Shown here one piece after another: positions 29,466 to 38,318 of a DNA stretch of 64,000 nucleotides. A model generated the notes under the pieces. That model was not told where the DNA came from, searched no databases, and worked only from the letters and a program-made list of their open reading frames with translations. The translations under genes and the position numbers were made by a program. The stretch is from the NCBI GenBank assembly GCA_023666705.1, contig JAMPBO010000006.1, forward strand, positions 32,461 to 96,460, written 5' to 3'. The first letter of the stretch is position 1. Every line of letters begins with the position of its first letter. The stretch is from Bacteroides sp. (GTDB lineage: Bacteria; Bacillota; Clostridia; Lachnospirales; Lachnospiraceae).

Positions 29466-29485
29466 AAAGTTAGTTACAAATCTAA

Positions 29486-31222
29486 TTAAAGTGCATTTAC
29501 CAGCTTCTTAAGAGCTTCGAGTGCCTCATCAGGAAGCTTGTCATAGCCTTCCTTCTTAGTTGCAAAGCCCTCTACGGCATCTACACGATTTTGCATTGCT
29601 GACTTAAGTGCAGCTCTGTATTCAGCATCATCAAGATTTGGCTTGAAGTCAGCAGTCTTGCCTGACCAGTCGTACATAATCTCGATATCCTCAAATGGTC
29701 CCCACTTCTCAAATGTAGCCTTGCCTTCAACGATTGTCTCAAGAATTCCTAGCGTATCAGCAGGCTTACACTTTGTTCCCATGAAGTCACCAGTATTTAC
29801 AATGTAGCAATCTACATTTTTCTCCTCAACAAGCTTCTTGAACTTAACATAATCATTTACAAGTGGATAAGTTCTAAATGGGTTTGCGTAAGGAACGATA
29901 CGAAGTGCATTCATATCAGTACCTGCAGCAACACGCTCAGCAGTTGAAGTCTTAGTTGCAAGTGTAGCACCCATAACAGATGCAAGTGCAGAACCTTTAA
30001 GCTTGATTACAGGTGGAATTGTTGGGTCCTTCATAATCCAGAAAATAGCATTTACAGGAGCATCAATTTTATCTACACGGTTTGGTGACCAAAGCTTTGA
30101 CTTAATGGCACGACCGTTACCGTTTCTGATATCCTCAGTAACAAGCTGGATTTTTCCGTCCTCATCCATAGTTGCGGAACAGTTCTGAACTGTAAGTAAG
30201 TATTTGTTGTCAGGACAACCGGTAGGATAATCGGCAGTCTTATCAAAGTAAGTAGGCTCAAGTGCTATGGAAGCACATGTGTCTGAATTAATAATGAAAG
30301 CATCATCATGAAGTACCTTAATTCCGCCAAACGCATCATACTTTCCGTCATGCTTTGCATGTGTAAGTGTTGACTTACCTGAGCCTGAAAGTCCGTAAAC
30401 AGAAGCAACGAACTTCTTGCCACCTTCGAGTGAGTATTCCTTCTGACCGCCGTGGCAGGAAGCATAACCATTTCTGTTTGCAAGTGCCCATGCCATTGTA
30501 AGAGTTCCTTTTTTGTGCTCTCCAAAATACTTCATACCAAGGATTGCTGCACAGTTCTGGTCTGTGTCGAAGTAGCAGAGTGTAAGTGGATCGCTCAGGC
30601 AGCTGTAATCAACATCAGGACTCTCGGTAGGTGCCCATTGTGGGTCAGAGAAGATATAGATATCAGGCTCCTTGCCATCTGCGATTGGCTTTGAGTTTTT
30701 GTACATCTTAACATACTCGTCTGACATATACTGGAAGTTCAACATCCAGTTATAAAGAAGATTTTCTTCTCCTTCCGGAATAAGAAGATGTGCCTTGGCC
30801 ATGAATTCAGGGTCAAGACCAACGAAACAGGTTGCATGATAGAGCTTCTTAAAGCGTGTTTTGTATATAGCATCCATAACAACCTTATCGAGCTTTGCAG
30901 CGTCTACACCAGGCTCTCCCTTGATACGTCTTGCTGCTGCGTAACGACCTGTAACTGCACCGTCATTAAATAATAAAACCTTTGCATCAGCATCGAGACC
31001 GAACTCCTCACCTCTGTATACAGGCATATCTGTTACGATGGTTCCTGGTGAGTTCTTAGCAAGGTTATAAGCTTCCTTTAAGGTATTTACCTTTACTACA
31101 TTGTTTCCATAGTAAGCTGCTTCAATGATGGCACGTGTGTTGGTTACTGCTTCACCTGTTTTTGGGAAGCCTACCTTACCTGCACCAATTTCGTCAAGTT
31201 TGTAGTTTGCTTTTGTTGACAT
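29486..31222 (-). CDS. pckA: Phosphoenolpyruvate carboxykinase (ATP) family protein
   Basis: Kinase-1a P-loop VYGLSGSGKSTLT. Downstream blocks LHDDAF, IFWIMKDPTIPPVIKL, VMGATLATKTSTAERVAAG and YIVNTGDFMGTK are collinear with E. coli PckA. The N-terminal ~150 aa are divergent. Confidence 0.6.
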   Translation of the reverse strand: MSTKANYKLDEIGAGKVGFPKTGEAVTNTRAIIEAAYYGNNVVKVNTLKEAYNLAKNSPGTIVTDMPVYRGEEFGLDADAKVLLFNDGAVTGRYAAARRIKGEPGVDAAKLDKVVMDAIYKTRFKKLYHATCFVGLDPEFMAKAHLLIPEGEENLLYNWMLNFQYMSDEYVKMYKNSKPIADGKEPDIYIFSDPQWAPTESPDVDYSCLSDPLTLCYFDTDQNCAAILGMKYFGEHKKGTLTMAWALANRNGYASCHGGQKEYSLEGGKKFVASVYGLSGSGKSTLTHAKHDGKYDAFGGIKVLHDDAFIINSDTCASIALEPTYFDKTADYPTGCPDNKYLLTVQNCSATMDEDGKIQLVTEDIRNGNGRAIKSKLWSPNRVDKIDAPVNAIFWIMKDPTIPPVIKLKGSALASVMGATLATKTSTAERVAAGTDMNALRIVPYANPFRTYPLVNDYVKFKKLVEEKNVDCYIVNTGDFMGTKCKPADTLGILETIVEGKATFEKWGPFEDIEIMYDWSGKTADFKPNLDDAEYRAALKSAMQNRVDAVEGFATKKEGYDKLPDEALEALKKLVNAL

Positions 31223-31336
31223 GTTTTTTCCTCCTAAAATTTATTTTTATTAATTTTATAGGAAACCCAAATTTCCTAAAATTAAAAAATTAACCAAGAT
31301 AAGTATATAAGCAAGAATTGGATAAGTCAATATTTT

Positions 31337-31380
31337 TGTGCCAATTTAATTTGCATAAATGGACAAATTAAATTGGCACA
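31337..31380. promoter_or_regulatory. Perfect 17-bp inverted repeat TGTGCCAATTTAATTTG-N10-CAAATTAAATTGGCACA upstream of the PEPCK-like gene
   Basis: Read directly. ~115-160 bp upstream of the minus-strand start at 31222 and just after the stop of the 31402-33297 gene. Confidence 0.5.
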
Positions 31381-31401
31381 CATATTGTGAAATCTGTATA
31401 T

Positions 31402-33297
31402 TTATTTTGTTGCGTCTATATATTTTTCTACCTTTTCTTTTACAAACTTAAACTGGCATGGACCTGCATCGAGGACAACCTGATGGAAGTTCCTTTCGTT
31501 GAATTTATCACCCAGCTCTGTCTCTGCCAGTTCACGAAGCAACTGGAATTCGAGCCAGCCGATACAGTACATCTGATAGTTGCAGGGCTCAGCTACCACA
31601 TAGTCTATGATATCCTGTGCTGCAGCTCCGTTAAAACCGTTGTTGTTTAGGAAATCGGCAGTTTCGTCTTTTGTCCAGCCCTCATAGTTGACGCCGATGT
31701 CAATTCTTGCGGAAAGAAGAAGGTTCAGCTTTGTGTTGATTCGCTCTACCTCGGCATAGGTGTCCTTGCTAAAATCGTAGTAATCAAAGGACATCATTTC
31801 AACATAGGATGCCCAGCCTTCCTGATATCCGTTGAAGTTAAGTAAGGTACGAAGCGGAGTAGGGCTGCCTGACAGGAAATAAACAAACTGGTACATGTGT
31901 CCCGGTACACCCTCATGGGCAAGCGTGCTCCATAAAGCACCTGCACCATCGCTTTCCATATTGGTATGGATGACATTATCCTCGTATGCATCCAAAGGCG
32001 GAGTCATGTAAAAGGCAGGACTTACCATGTCAACGAGAGAGTCATGTACAGGTGTTATGGTAAAATCAATTTCAGGAATTTCAGGAAATCTCTTTGAAAA
32101 TGCTTCCTCGAAAAACTCAATTGTCTCCTTTGGGTCAACATCCTGATAAAAGTTTTCATATTCATCATAATATGACATAATATCATCGTAATTTCCCATG
32201 GCAAGTGTAGTCAAATCCTCCATGGTTGCATTAATACGCTCGTCCAAAAGTGTACATATTTCATCCGCCGAATGGGTGGAGCCTACCTTGGATTTTAAAA
32301 GATATTCGTAATATTCTTTTCCTCCGTCAAAGTTGCAGAGTCCCAAATCATTTTTGCCTGTGTCTTGAAGCTCTTCAAACTTTGAAATGATAGCTTCATA
32401 GGTTGGAATAACATTGTTAATAACAGCATCATGGTTTGCCTGCTTGTAGCTTTCAATTTCTTCATCCGATAGTCCCGCAACATCACCGATACGGTCATTA
32501 AAGGTTTCAATTAGAAGATTTTTTTCAGGCTCCGCAATAAATTCGTTGCATTGTCTGATTACTTCACTGGCAGAGTTACTTGACATGAAAAGCCCCTTAT
32601 CAGACTTTATCTGCTCAAATTCAAGCAGTGGGGTAATGTAATCCGGTGTGATTTGCAAAAGCCTGATGTAATCGTCCACATCATCCCTGTCATAAAATTT
32701 ATATTCTGATATTGTGATTGGCAGGTTGGACTGAATACCGCTGGTATATGCAAAAGGTTCATATAAATATATGTTTTCATATGAGAGCAGGGAGGTCTGC
32801 AAATATTCCATCAGTATGTTATATGTGAACTGCTGGTCCGTTGTAAGCAGGTCAGGATTGATGGCTTCAAGCTCGGCAATGGAATCCTTTGTTTCCTGTT
32901 CCTCCTCAGCTAAGGCTTCCTCATCCATATTGACATCCCCGTATGTTACTTCAGGAGCTTCAATGCCCATTTTTTCAGGGTAAGCCAGTGAGTAATGGAG
33001 CGTTACCGTATCCTGTGTTACGGTGTCCTCAAAATTTTTGGCAAGATAATCCTCAAATTTCTGCTGCTCTGCCAATGCCTCTTCAGAATCAGGATTTTCT
33101 TTTTCTTCCACATATTCCACATACGGAACATCGGGAACAGGGTCTGTGTTGGTCGAAATTATTTGAGCATCAGCGGTTGTGGTTATAGGGTCATCACTGC
33201 TTGCCGTATCGTCTTTTTTTCCGCATCCGGCAAGTGACAGCGTCAAAGCTGAAACAAGCAAGACGGATATGATTTTTTTCGTGTTAAATTTAAACAT
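31402..33297 (-). CDS. DUF885-family lipoprotein (putative zincin-like peptidase fold)
   Basis: Lipobox LSLAGC. AHEGVPGHMYQ and EGWASYVE motifs are typical of DUF885. ~630 aa. Confidence 0.55.
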   Translation of the reverse strand: MFKFNTKKIISVLLVSALTLSLAGCGKKDDTASSDDPITTTADAQIISTNTDPVPDVPYVEYVEEKENPDSEEALAEQQKFEDYLAKNFEDTVTQDTVTLHYSLAYPEKMGIEAPEVTYGDVNMDEEALAEEEQETKDSIAELEAINPDLLTTDQQFTYNILMEYLQTSLLSYENIYLYEPFAYTSGIQSNLPITISEYKFYDRDDVDDYIRLLQITPDYITPLLEFEQIKSDKGLFMSSNSASEVIRQCNEFIAEPEKNLLIETFNDRIGDVAGLSDEEIESYKQANHDAVINNVIPTYEAIISKFEELQDTGKNDLGLCNFDGGKEYYEYLLKSKVGSTHSADEICTLLDERINATMEDLTTLAMGNYDDIMSYYDEYENFYQDVDPKETIEFFEEAFSKRFPEIPEIDFTITPVHDSLVDMVSPAFYMTPPLDAYEDNVIHTNMESDGAGALWSTLAHEGVPGHMYQFVYFLSGSPTPLRTLLNFNGYQEGWASYVEMMSFDYYDFSKDTYAEVERINTKLNLLLSARIDIGVNYEGWTKDETADFLNNNGFNGAAAQDIIDYVVAEPCNYQMYCIGWLEFQLLRELAETELGDKFNERNFHQVVLDAGPCQFKFVKEKVEKYIDATK

Positions 33298-33538
33298 GGT
33301 ATCCTCCTTTAAAGCTTAAAATGACAACTTTCCTTGTCATTGTGATTATACACACGGAAAGAAATACTGTCAATTGATAAAATGCGGTTGCCGCATATTT
33401 ATAGTATATACATTTCTTTGAAAAAAACAATTGATACTTTGAACAGTTGAATAAAATAGGAAATTAGTGTAAAATTAACCTTAGTTTTGAAGAATTTTAC
33501 ATAGTTTCAAAACAAAAAATAAAAAGGAGGCTTTACGG

Positions 33539-35213
33539 ATGAAAGTAAAGAAAGCAATTTGTATGCTTGTCAGCATACTCATGATTGTGATCTCCCCGAT
33601 ACCTTTTGCGTGCATGGGGGGTAGCAAAGGCTGCTGAAAAATTAACGTATCAGGATTGGGAATATGAGATACTCGAAGAAGAGTGTGTGAAGATTACCCG
33701 ATATAATGGAAGTGAAGAAGAGGTTGTTATACCTGAGGAAATTGACGGAAAAAAAGTAACTTTCATAGGAACAGGTGCATTTGGTGGAGAAAGTAGTCTG
33801 ACAGGTGTAGAAGTTCCATCAAGTGTAATAAATATAGAAGATTCTGCATTTAATTGCAATAATGATTTTATAATGTATGGAGAGGCAGATTCGGCAGCAC
33901 AGAAGTATGCAATTGAAAACAATATAAAATTTGTTGTTGGAAGTATGCCGGAATCTTCAGTTTGGGTATATTCAGAGTTAGATGATGGAACTGTGGAGAT
34001 TGTAGAATATCACGGAAGGGGACCGGAAGTTGTTATACCCGAAAAAATTGATGGTAAAACAGTATCGAAGATATTGAGTGATGTATTTGGTGGTGCGAAT
34101 TTGGTAAGTATAAAAATACCATCAGGCGTAACAACCATAGATGAGTACACAGTTGTGAATTGCGACAATTTGGAACGTATAGAAATTCCGGAAAGTGTAA
34201 AACATATAGATCGTTCGGCATTTTATAAATGCAATAAGTTTGTAATATATGGAAAAGAAGGATCTTATGCACATGAATACGCAATTGAAAATAATATAAA
34301 GTTTGTTGCAAACGTGCCTGCGGATCCTATTATTGTCGGAGAAATTTTTATTGACAGGAAGTCAAGGGGTGAATACAAGGTTACAGGGAAATCAACAGTA
34401 TCTTACATGGGGAGAGAATTAACAGCTCCGCTAGTGAAGACCCTTAGAATACCTGATACGGTATTCTATAAGGGAAAAACATTAAAGGTAACAGCAGTAT
34501 ATAAAGGAGCATTTAAAGGAGCATTAGAAGGAACATTAAAGAATTACCATTGCCTAAAAATTTGTCAAGTTATTCTTGGAAAAAATATTACAACAATTGG
34601 AAGTGAAGCTTTTAGTGGGTGTCGTAACCTTCAAATAATAACCTTTAATTCCAACCTTACCAAGATCGGAGACAAGGCATTTTACAATTGTAAAAGGCTT
34701 ACACAGGTAAAGCTAGGCAGTAAGGTAACAACGATAGGCAAGTCAGCATTTGCAGAATGTGAGAAGCTGAATAAGGTAACCCTTGGTTCAGGACTTACCA
34801 CAATCGGAGACAAGGCATTTTACAATTGTAAGGTTCTTACACAGGTAAAGCTAGGCAGTAAGGTGACAACGATAGGCAAGTCAGCATTTGCAGGATGTGA
34901 GAAGCTGAATAAGGTAACCCTTGGTTCAGGACTTACTACAATCGGAGACAGTGCCTTTAACAAGTGTATAGCACTTACCGCTATTACAATTCCGGCAAAG
35001 GTAAAGAAAATAGGAAAGCAGGCGTTCTATGGATGTAAGAAGCTAAAGAGCATAACAATCAGTACAACGAAGCTGAAAAGCTCAAATGTTGGAGCAAATT
35101 CGTTCAAGGGTATATATGCCAAGGCAACGATAAAGGTTCCAAAGAGCAAAAAAGCTGCCTACAAGAAGCTCATAAAGAGCAAGGGTGCAGGCAAGAACGT
35201 GAAATATAAGTAG
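33539..35213 (+). pseudogene. BspA-type leucine-rich-repeat surface protein interrupted by a +1 frameshift in a G6 tract (possible phase-variable gene)
   Basis: RBS AAAAGGAGG precedes ATG at 33539, which encodes the signal peptide MKVKKAICMLVSILMIVISPIPFACMG. The frame then hits TGA at 33635-33637. The long ORF (33606-35213, LRR_5 repeats ITTIGSEAFSGC / LTTIGDKAFYNCK) is in the +1 frame. The junction is GGGGGG at 33616-33621. Removing one G gives ...PFACMGVAKAAEKLTYQD, with a plausible AKA-A signal cleavage site. Confidence 0.6.
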
Positions 35214-35229
35214 TTGGCAAGACAAAAAC

Positions 35230-35260
35230 AGGCAGGCGGTAAAATCGCCTGCCTTGTTAT
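35230..35260. terminator. Bidirectional intrinsic terminator
   Basis: AGGCAGGCG-gtaaaat-CGCCTGCCT flanked by an A-run and TTGTTATT. It sits between the convergent LRR gene and the Rpn gene. Confidence 0.65.
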
Positions 35261-35271
35261 TAGCCAACTAT

Positions 35272-36141
35272 TTAAGTCATATTGATATATTTCTCAGCTT
35301 CTTCGGGAGATAGGTTATATTTATTGATTAGTACTTCTGTGATTTTGCTGTCTGATAAACCGTTTTCCCGAAGGAGGGCAATCGTAGTTGTAATCGTTTC
35401 AGAAATGCCCTGCTTGCGTCCTTCACTACGTCCGATGTCGATGCCTTGTTCTAAGCCATCCTCTACACCTTCTTCATATTTTTCTCGATAATGCATTTCA
35501 AGCGTCATATAATCAATCCTCCACTTCTCATTATTTTTCACGGACTTAACTGCAGTTTCTAGCTTCATGGTAAAATCATCCGATGCTGCCTGACCGTCTA
35601 TGTAATTAAGTAACCGTTTCATTTCAGGTGTTATATCGTCCATCGTACCCTTGGTATTTAATATAATCTTTGTTGTCTCATCGCCAAGACTGATTTCGTA
35701 ATCCTGTAAGCATCTGTTTTCAAATGTGTAAATATGTCGTCCCTTGCCGAATAAATCAAAGGTACAGACAAAAATGACAAAGCTCCGTTTTAGTTCTTTG
35801 TAGTCTCCGCCCTTTTCCAGTACATTCAGGTCTATCATTCCCTGATAATATCTTGACCGTTTTGGCAGATTTTTATTTATGGATACCTGCATTTCTATAT
35901 TATAAACGGTATTCTTGTCATCTTCAACATAAACATCCAAACGGACAGACTTTGCATCTGCTGTAATGTTTATGGTTTCCTGTGTTCTCGGATATTCTAT
36001 GTCGGAGATGCTTATACCAAGTATTGTTTCCAGAAATGGTTTGCAATACTTGGGGTTCCGCATAATAACCCCAAACATGAAATCATCCTTCAGCTCCAGT
36101 TTCTCAAAGCTTTTGACAGTTCTCGTTTCTTTTTTGTTCAT
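35272..36141 (-). CDS. Rpn-family recombination-promoting nuclease / putative transposase (PD-(D/E)xK, YhgA-like)
   Basis: LKDDFMFGVIMRNP, RLDVYVEDDKNTVYNIEMQ and LPKRSRYYQGMIDLNVLEKG are conserved Rpn/YhgA-like blocks. Acidic C-terminal tail. Confidence 0.75.
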   Translation of the reverse strand: MNKKETRTVKSFEKLELKDDFMFGVIMRNPKYCKPFLETILGISISDIEYPRTQETINITADAKSVRLDVYVEDDKNTVYNIEMQVSINKNLPKRSRYYQGMIDLNVLEKGGDYKELKRSFVIFVCTFDLFGKGRHIYTFENRCLQDYEISLGDETTKIILNTKGTMDDITPEMKRLLNYIDGQAASDDFTMKLETAVKSVKNNEKWRIDYMTLEMHYREKYEEGVEDGLEQGIDIGRSEGRKQGISETITTTIALLRENGLSDSKITEVLINKYNLSPEEAEKYINMT

Positions 36142-36612
36142 TCAATTTCCTCCCTTGTCCTTTGGACATGATCCATGGTTTTGCCGAACCCTTGCGGAAT
36201 ATACATCGTGTAAAACCAATTTGTTGCCAGTAATAATCAATCACGTCAGGCAGAGAAGAGTATTGAACAAATATGCTTTTCGGTGAGTCCTGCTTAAGCC
36301 AACCTGTCAAATACAGTTTGTTTCTTGCTTGAAATCTTTGTTACAGCACTCCGCTGCCTATTTTTGTGAAATAAAGCATCGAAGTTATTTGATAACAGAT
36401 TCGTTAGGAATGGCTGTAAGCCACAAATAAAAATAGAATACAATGCTCTCAAAACATATTACCATGTGCGTATGAAAAATACAATCTTTTTTTACGGTTG
36501 CTTAAAAATAATCTGTCTAATAAGGTAGAAATTATAATTTATTTGGCGGACGATTATGGACAGCCTTAAGAGTTTATTATGGTATCATACATCGTATACA
36601 ATATAATTTAGC

Positions 36613-36684
36613 GATGAGCAAAACGCATTATTTCCAAAACATGGTTGTACAATGAATGTTCGTAAAAGTAGTGTTTTGCTCATG
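36613..36684. repeat. Palindromic intergenic repeat family A, copy 3 (compact, arms adjacent)
   Basis: gagcaaaacgcattatttccaaaacatggttgtacaa | tgaa | tgttcgtaaaagtagtgttttgctc. The arms are reverse complements of each other and match copies 1 and 2. Confidence 0.7.
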
Positions 36685-36713
36685 GTTATATAATTTCGAA
36701 AAGGGGGATGTAC

Positions 36714-37469
36714 ATGGATAATTTTATGATAAAGGATGCCACAAAAAGGCTGGGAATTGAAGCACATGTACTTAGATATTGGGAGGAGGAGCTTGGGCTT
36801 GAAATAAAGAGAAACAGCATGGGACACCGCTATTACGAGGAAAAAGATTTGCGGATGTTTGGTGAAATCAAGCGGCTTCGGGCAGATGGAGTGTCCCTGA
36901 AGGATATTAAGAAAAGTATTGATGGTGCAAGGAAAAAGTCGCAGGAAATGAAAAAGGAAGCGGCGGGATCTGAAGCTGAACAGAAGATGAAACCAGAGGA
37001 AGTCAGGTGTGCAGAGAGCAGGCTTGAAGAAAATAAACAGGAAACAAACAAGCCGGAAGCAAATAAATCGGATAACCCTAAAAATACAAATAAAATTGAA
37101 CGAGATATGGGACAACAGGGGGCGGACAGGGACGGAAAAGAAAAAAATACGGAGCTTTCCACAGGTGGAGAATCCTTGACGGAGGAACAGAACAACATTG
37201 TGGATTTTAAAATTGCACAGATGCAGACATTAATGAACCGGATTGTTGCCAATGCATTTAGGGAAAATAAGGGGGTTCTTACCAGTACCATTAAGTCGGA
37301 GATTACAGAGGATGTAATGAAACAGATGGATGTTATTATGCGGGAAAAGGAAGAACGCGAGGAGGCAAGATTCAGGAAGCTGGATGAGTATTTAAGGCAA
37401 ATCCAACGTGCAAATGAGGAGGTTGCTGCAACGAAAAGTAAAAGATTATTTGGCAGGAAAAGACATTAA
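36714..37469 (+). CDS. MerR-family transcriptional regulator with long charged C-terminal tail
   Basis: HTH IKDATKRLGIEAHVLRYWEEELGL plus dimerisation helix. The C-terminus is K/E-rich low complexity. RBS AAGGGGGA precedes ATG at 36714. Confidence 0.75.
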   Translation: MDNFMIKDATKRLGIEAHVLRYWEEELGLEIKRNSMGHRYYEEKDLRMFGEIKRLRADGVSLKDIKKSIDGARKKSQEMKKEAAGSEAEQKMKPEEVRCAESRLEENKQETNKPEANKSDNPKNTNKIERDMGQQGADRDGKEKNTELSTGGESLTEEQNNIVDFKIAQMQTLMNRIVANAFRENKGVLTSTIKSEITEDVMKQMDVIMREKEEREEARFRKLDEYLRQIQRANEEVAATKSKRLFGRKRH

Positions 37470-37549
37470 TTAGTTGAAAATATAAAAGGAATTGAGTATA
37501 CTAGTTTCGGATGCGGGTTGCATGAATAATTAATTTAAAGTGAGATAAT

Positions 37550-38257
37550 GTGAAAATGAAACCAAAGATTCTTTATGAGGATGAAGCAATGCTCGTATGC
37601 GTAAAGCCTTGTGGGGTTCCTGCCCAGGGGGACAAATCCAACGACGAGGACATGCTGACATTGCTAAAAAATTATATATTTGATAACGGTGAGTCAAATG
37701 AGGAACCGTATCTTGCTGCAGTACATAGACTTGACCGACCCGTAGGGGGTATTATGGTATTTGCAAGGACACCAGAGGCGGCAGCAAAGCTTTGTGCACA
37801 GGCAGCCGATGGCACGATGGTGAAGTTTTATCAGGCTATTATTACGGGAGAGCTGCCGGATGAGGCAGGAGAGTTGGTTGACTTTCTTGCCCACGACCCA
37901 AAGACAAATAAAACAATTGTCGTAAATAAAGGAGACGAAGGAGCGAAGAAGGCAGTACTTTATTATGAAGTACTGGATGTGATGGAGACGGATGACGGAA
38001 TTTTATCCTATGTACTGCTTGAGCTTGAAACAGGCAGGCACCACCAAATAAGGGCACAGCTTGCAGCGAGAGGCTGTGGTATATGGGGTGACACAAAATA
38101 TAATCCCCGTTTTGTAAAAACAAAACGTGTATACCGTGAAATAGGACTCCACTCGTCGAGAATTGAGCTTGAGCATCCTGTGACAGGAGAGCACATGGTG
38201 TTCAAAAATGAGCCTGTGGGAGGCGTCTTTGATGTAATTGAGCTTGATGAGTTTTAG
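37550..38257 (+). CDS. RluA-family pseudouridine synthase
   Basis: HRLDRPVGGIMVFART catalytic-Asp motif and the ...IRAQL motif. The start could be ATG at 37556. Confidence 0.8.
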   Translation: MKMKPKILYEDEAMLVCVKPCGVPAQGDKSNDEDMLTLLKNYIFDNGESNEEPYLAAVHRLDRPVGGIMVFARTPEAAAKLCAQAADGTMVKFYQAIITGELPDEAGELVDFLAHDPKTNKTIVVNKGDEGAKKAVLYYEVLDVMETDDGILSYVLLELETGRHHQIRAQLAARGCGIWGDTKYNPRFVKTKRVYREIGLHSSRIELEHPVTGEHMVFKNEPVGGVFDVIELDEF

Positions 38258-38318
38258 ATAGATGAATTCTACGACAGATGTAAAACAGTATGAAAGAGAA
38301 TGAATTAGGAGAAAGAAA

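Noticed and set aside
35966-36310. ORFs of 106 aa (+) and 68 aa (-) overlapping the Rpn gene start.
   Set aside because: They overlap the Rpn N-terminus out of frame and have no RBS. They are probably spurious.
38258-38318. T-box leader expected upstream of proS.
   Set aside because: The intergenic gap is only 60 bp and contains no specifier-loop or antiterminator T-box sequence. proS may be co-transcribed with the rluA-like gene.
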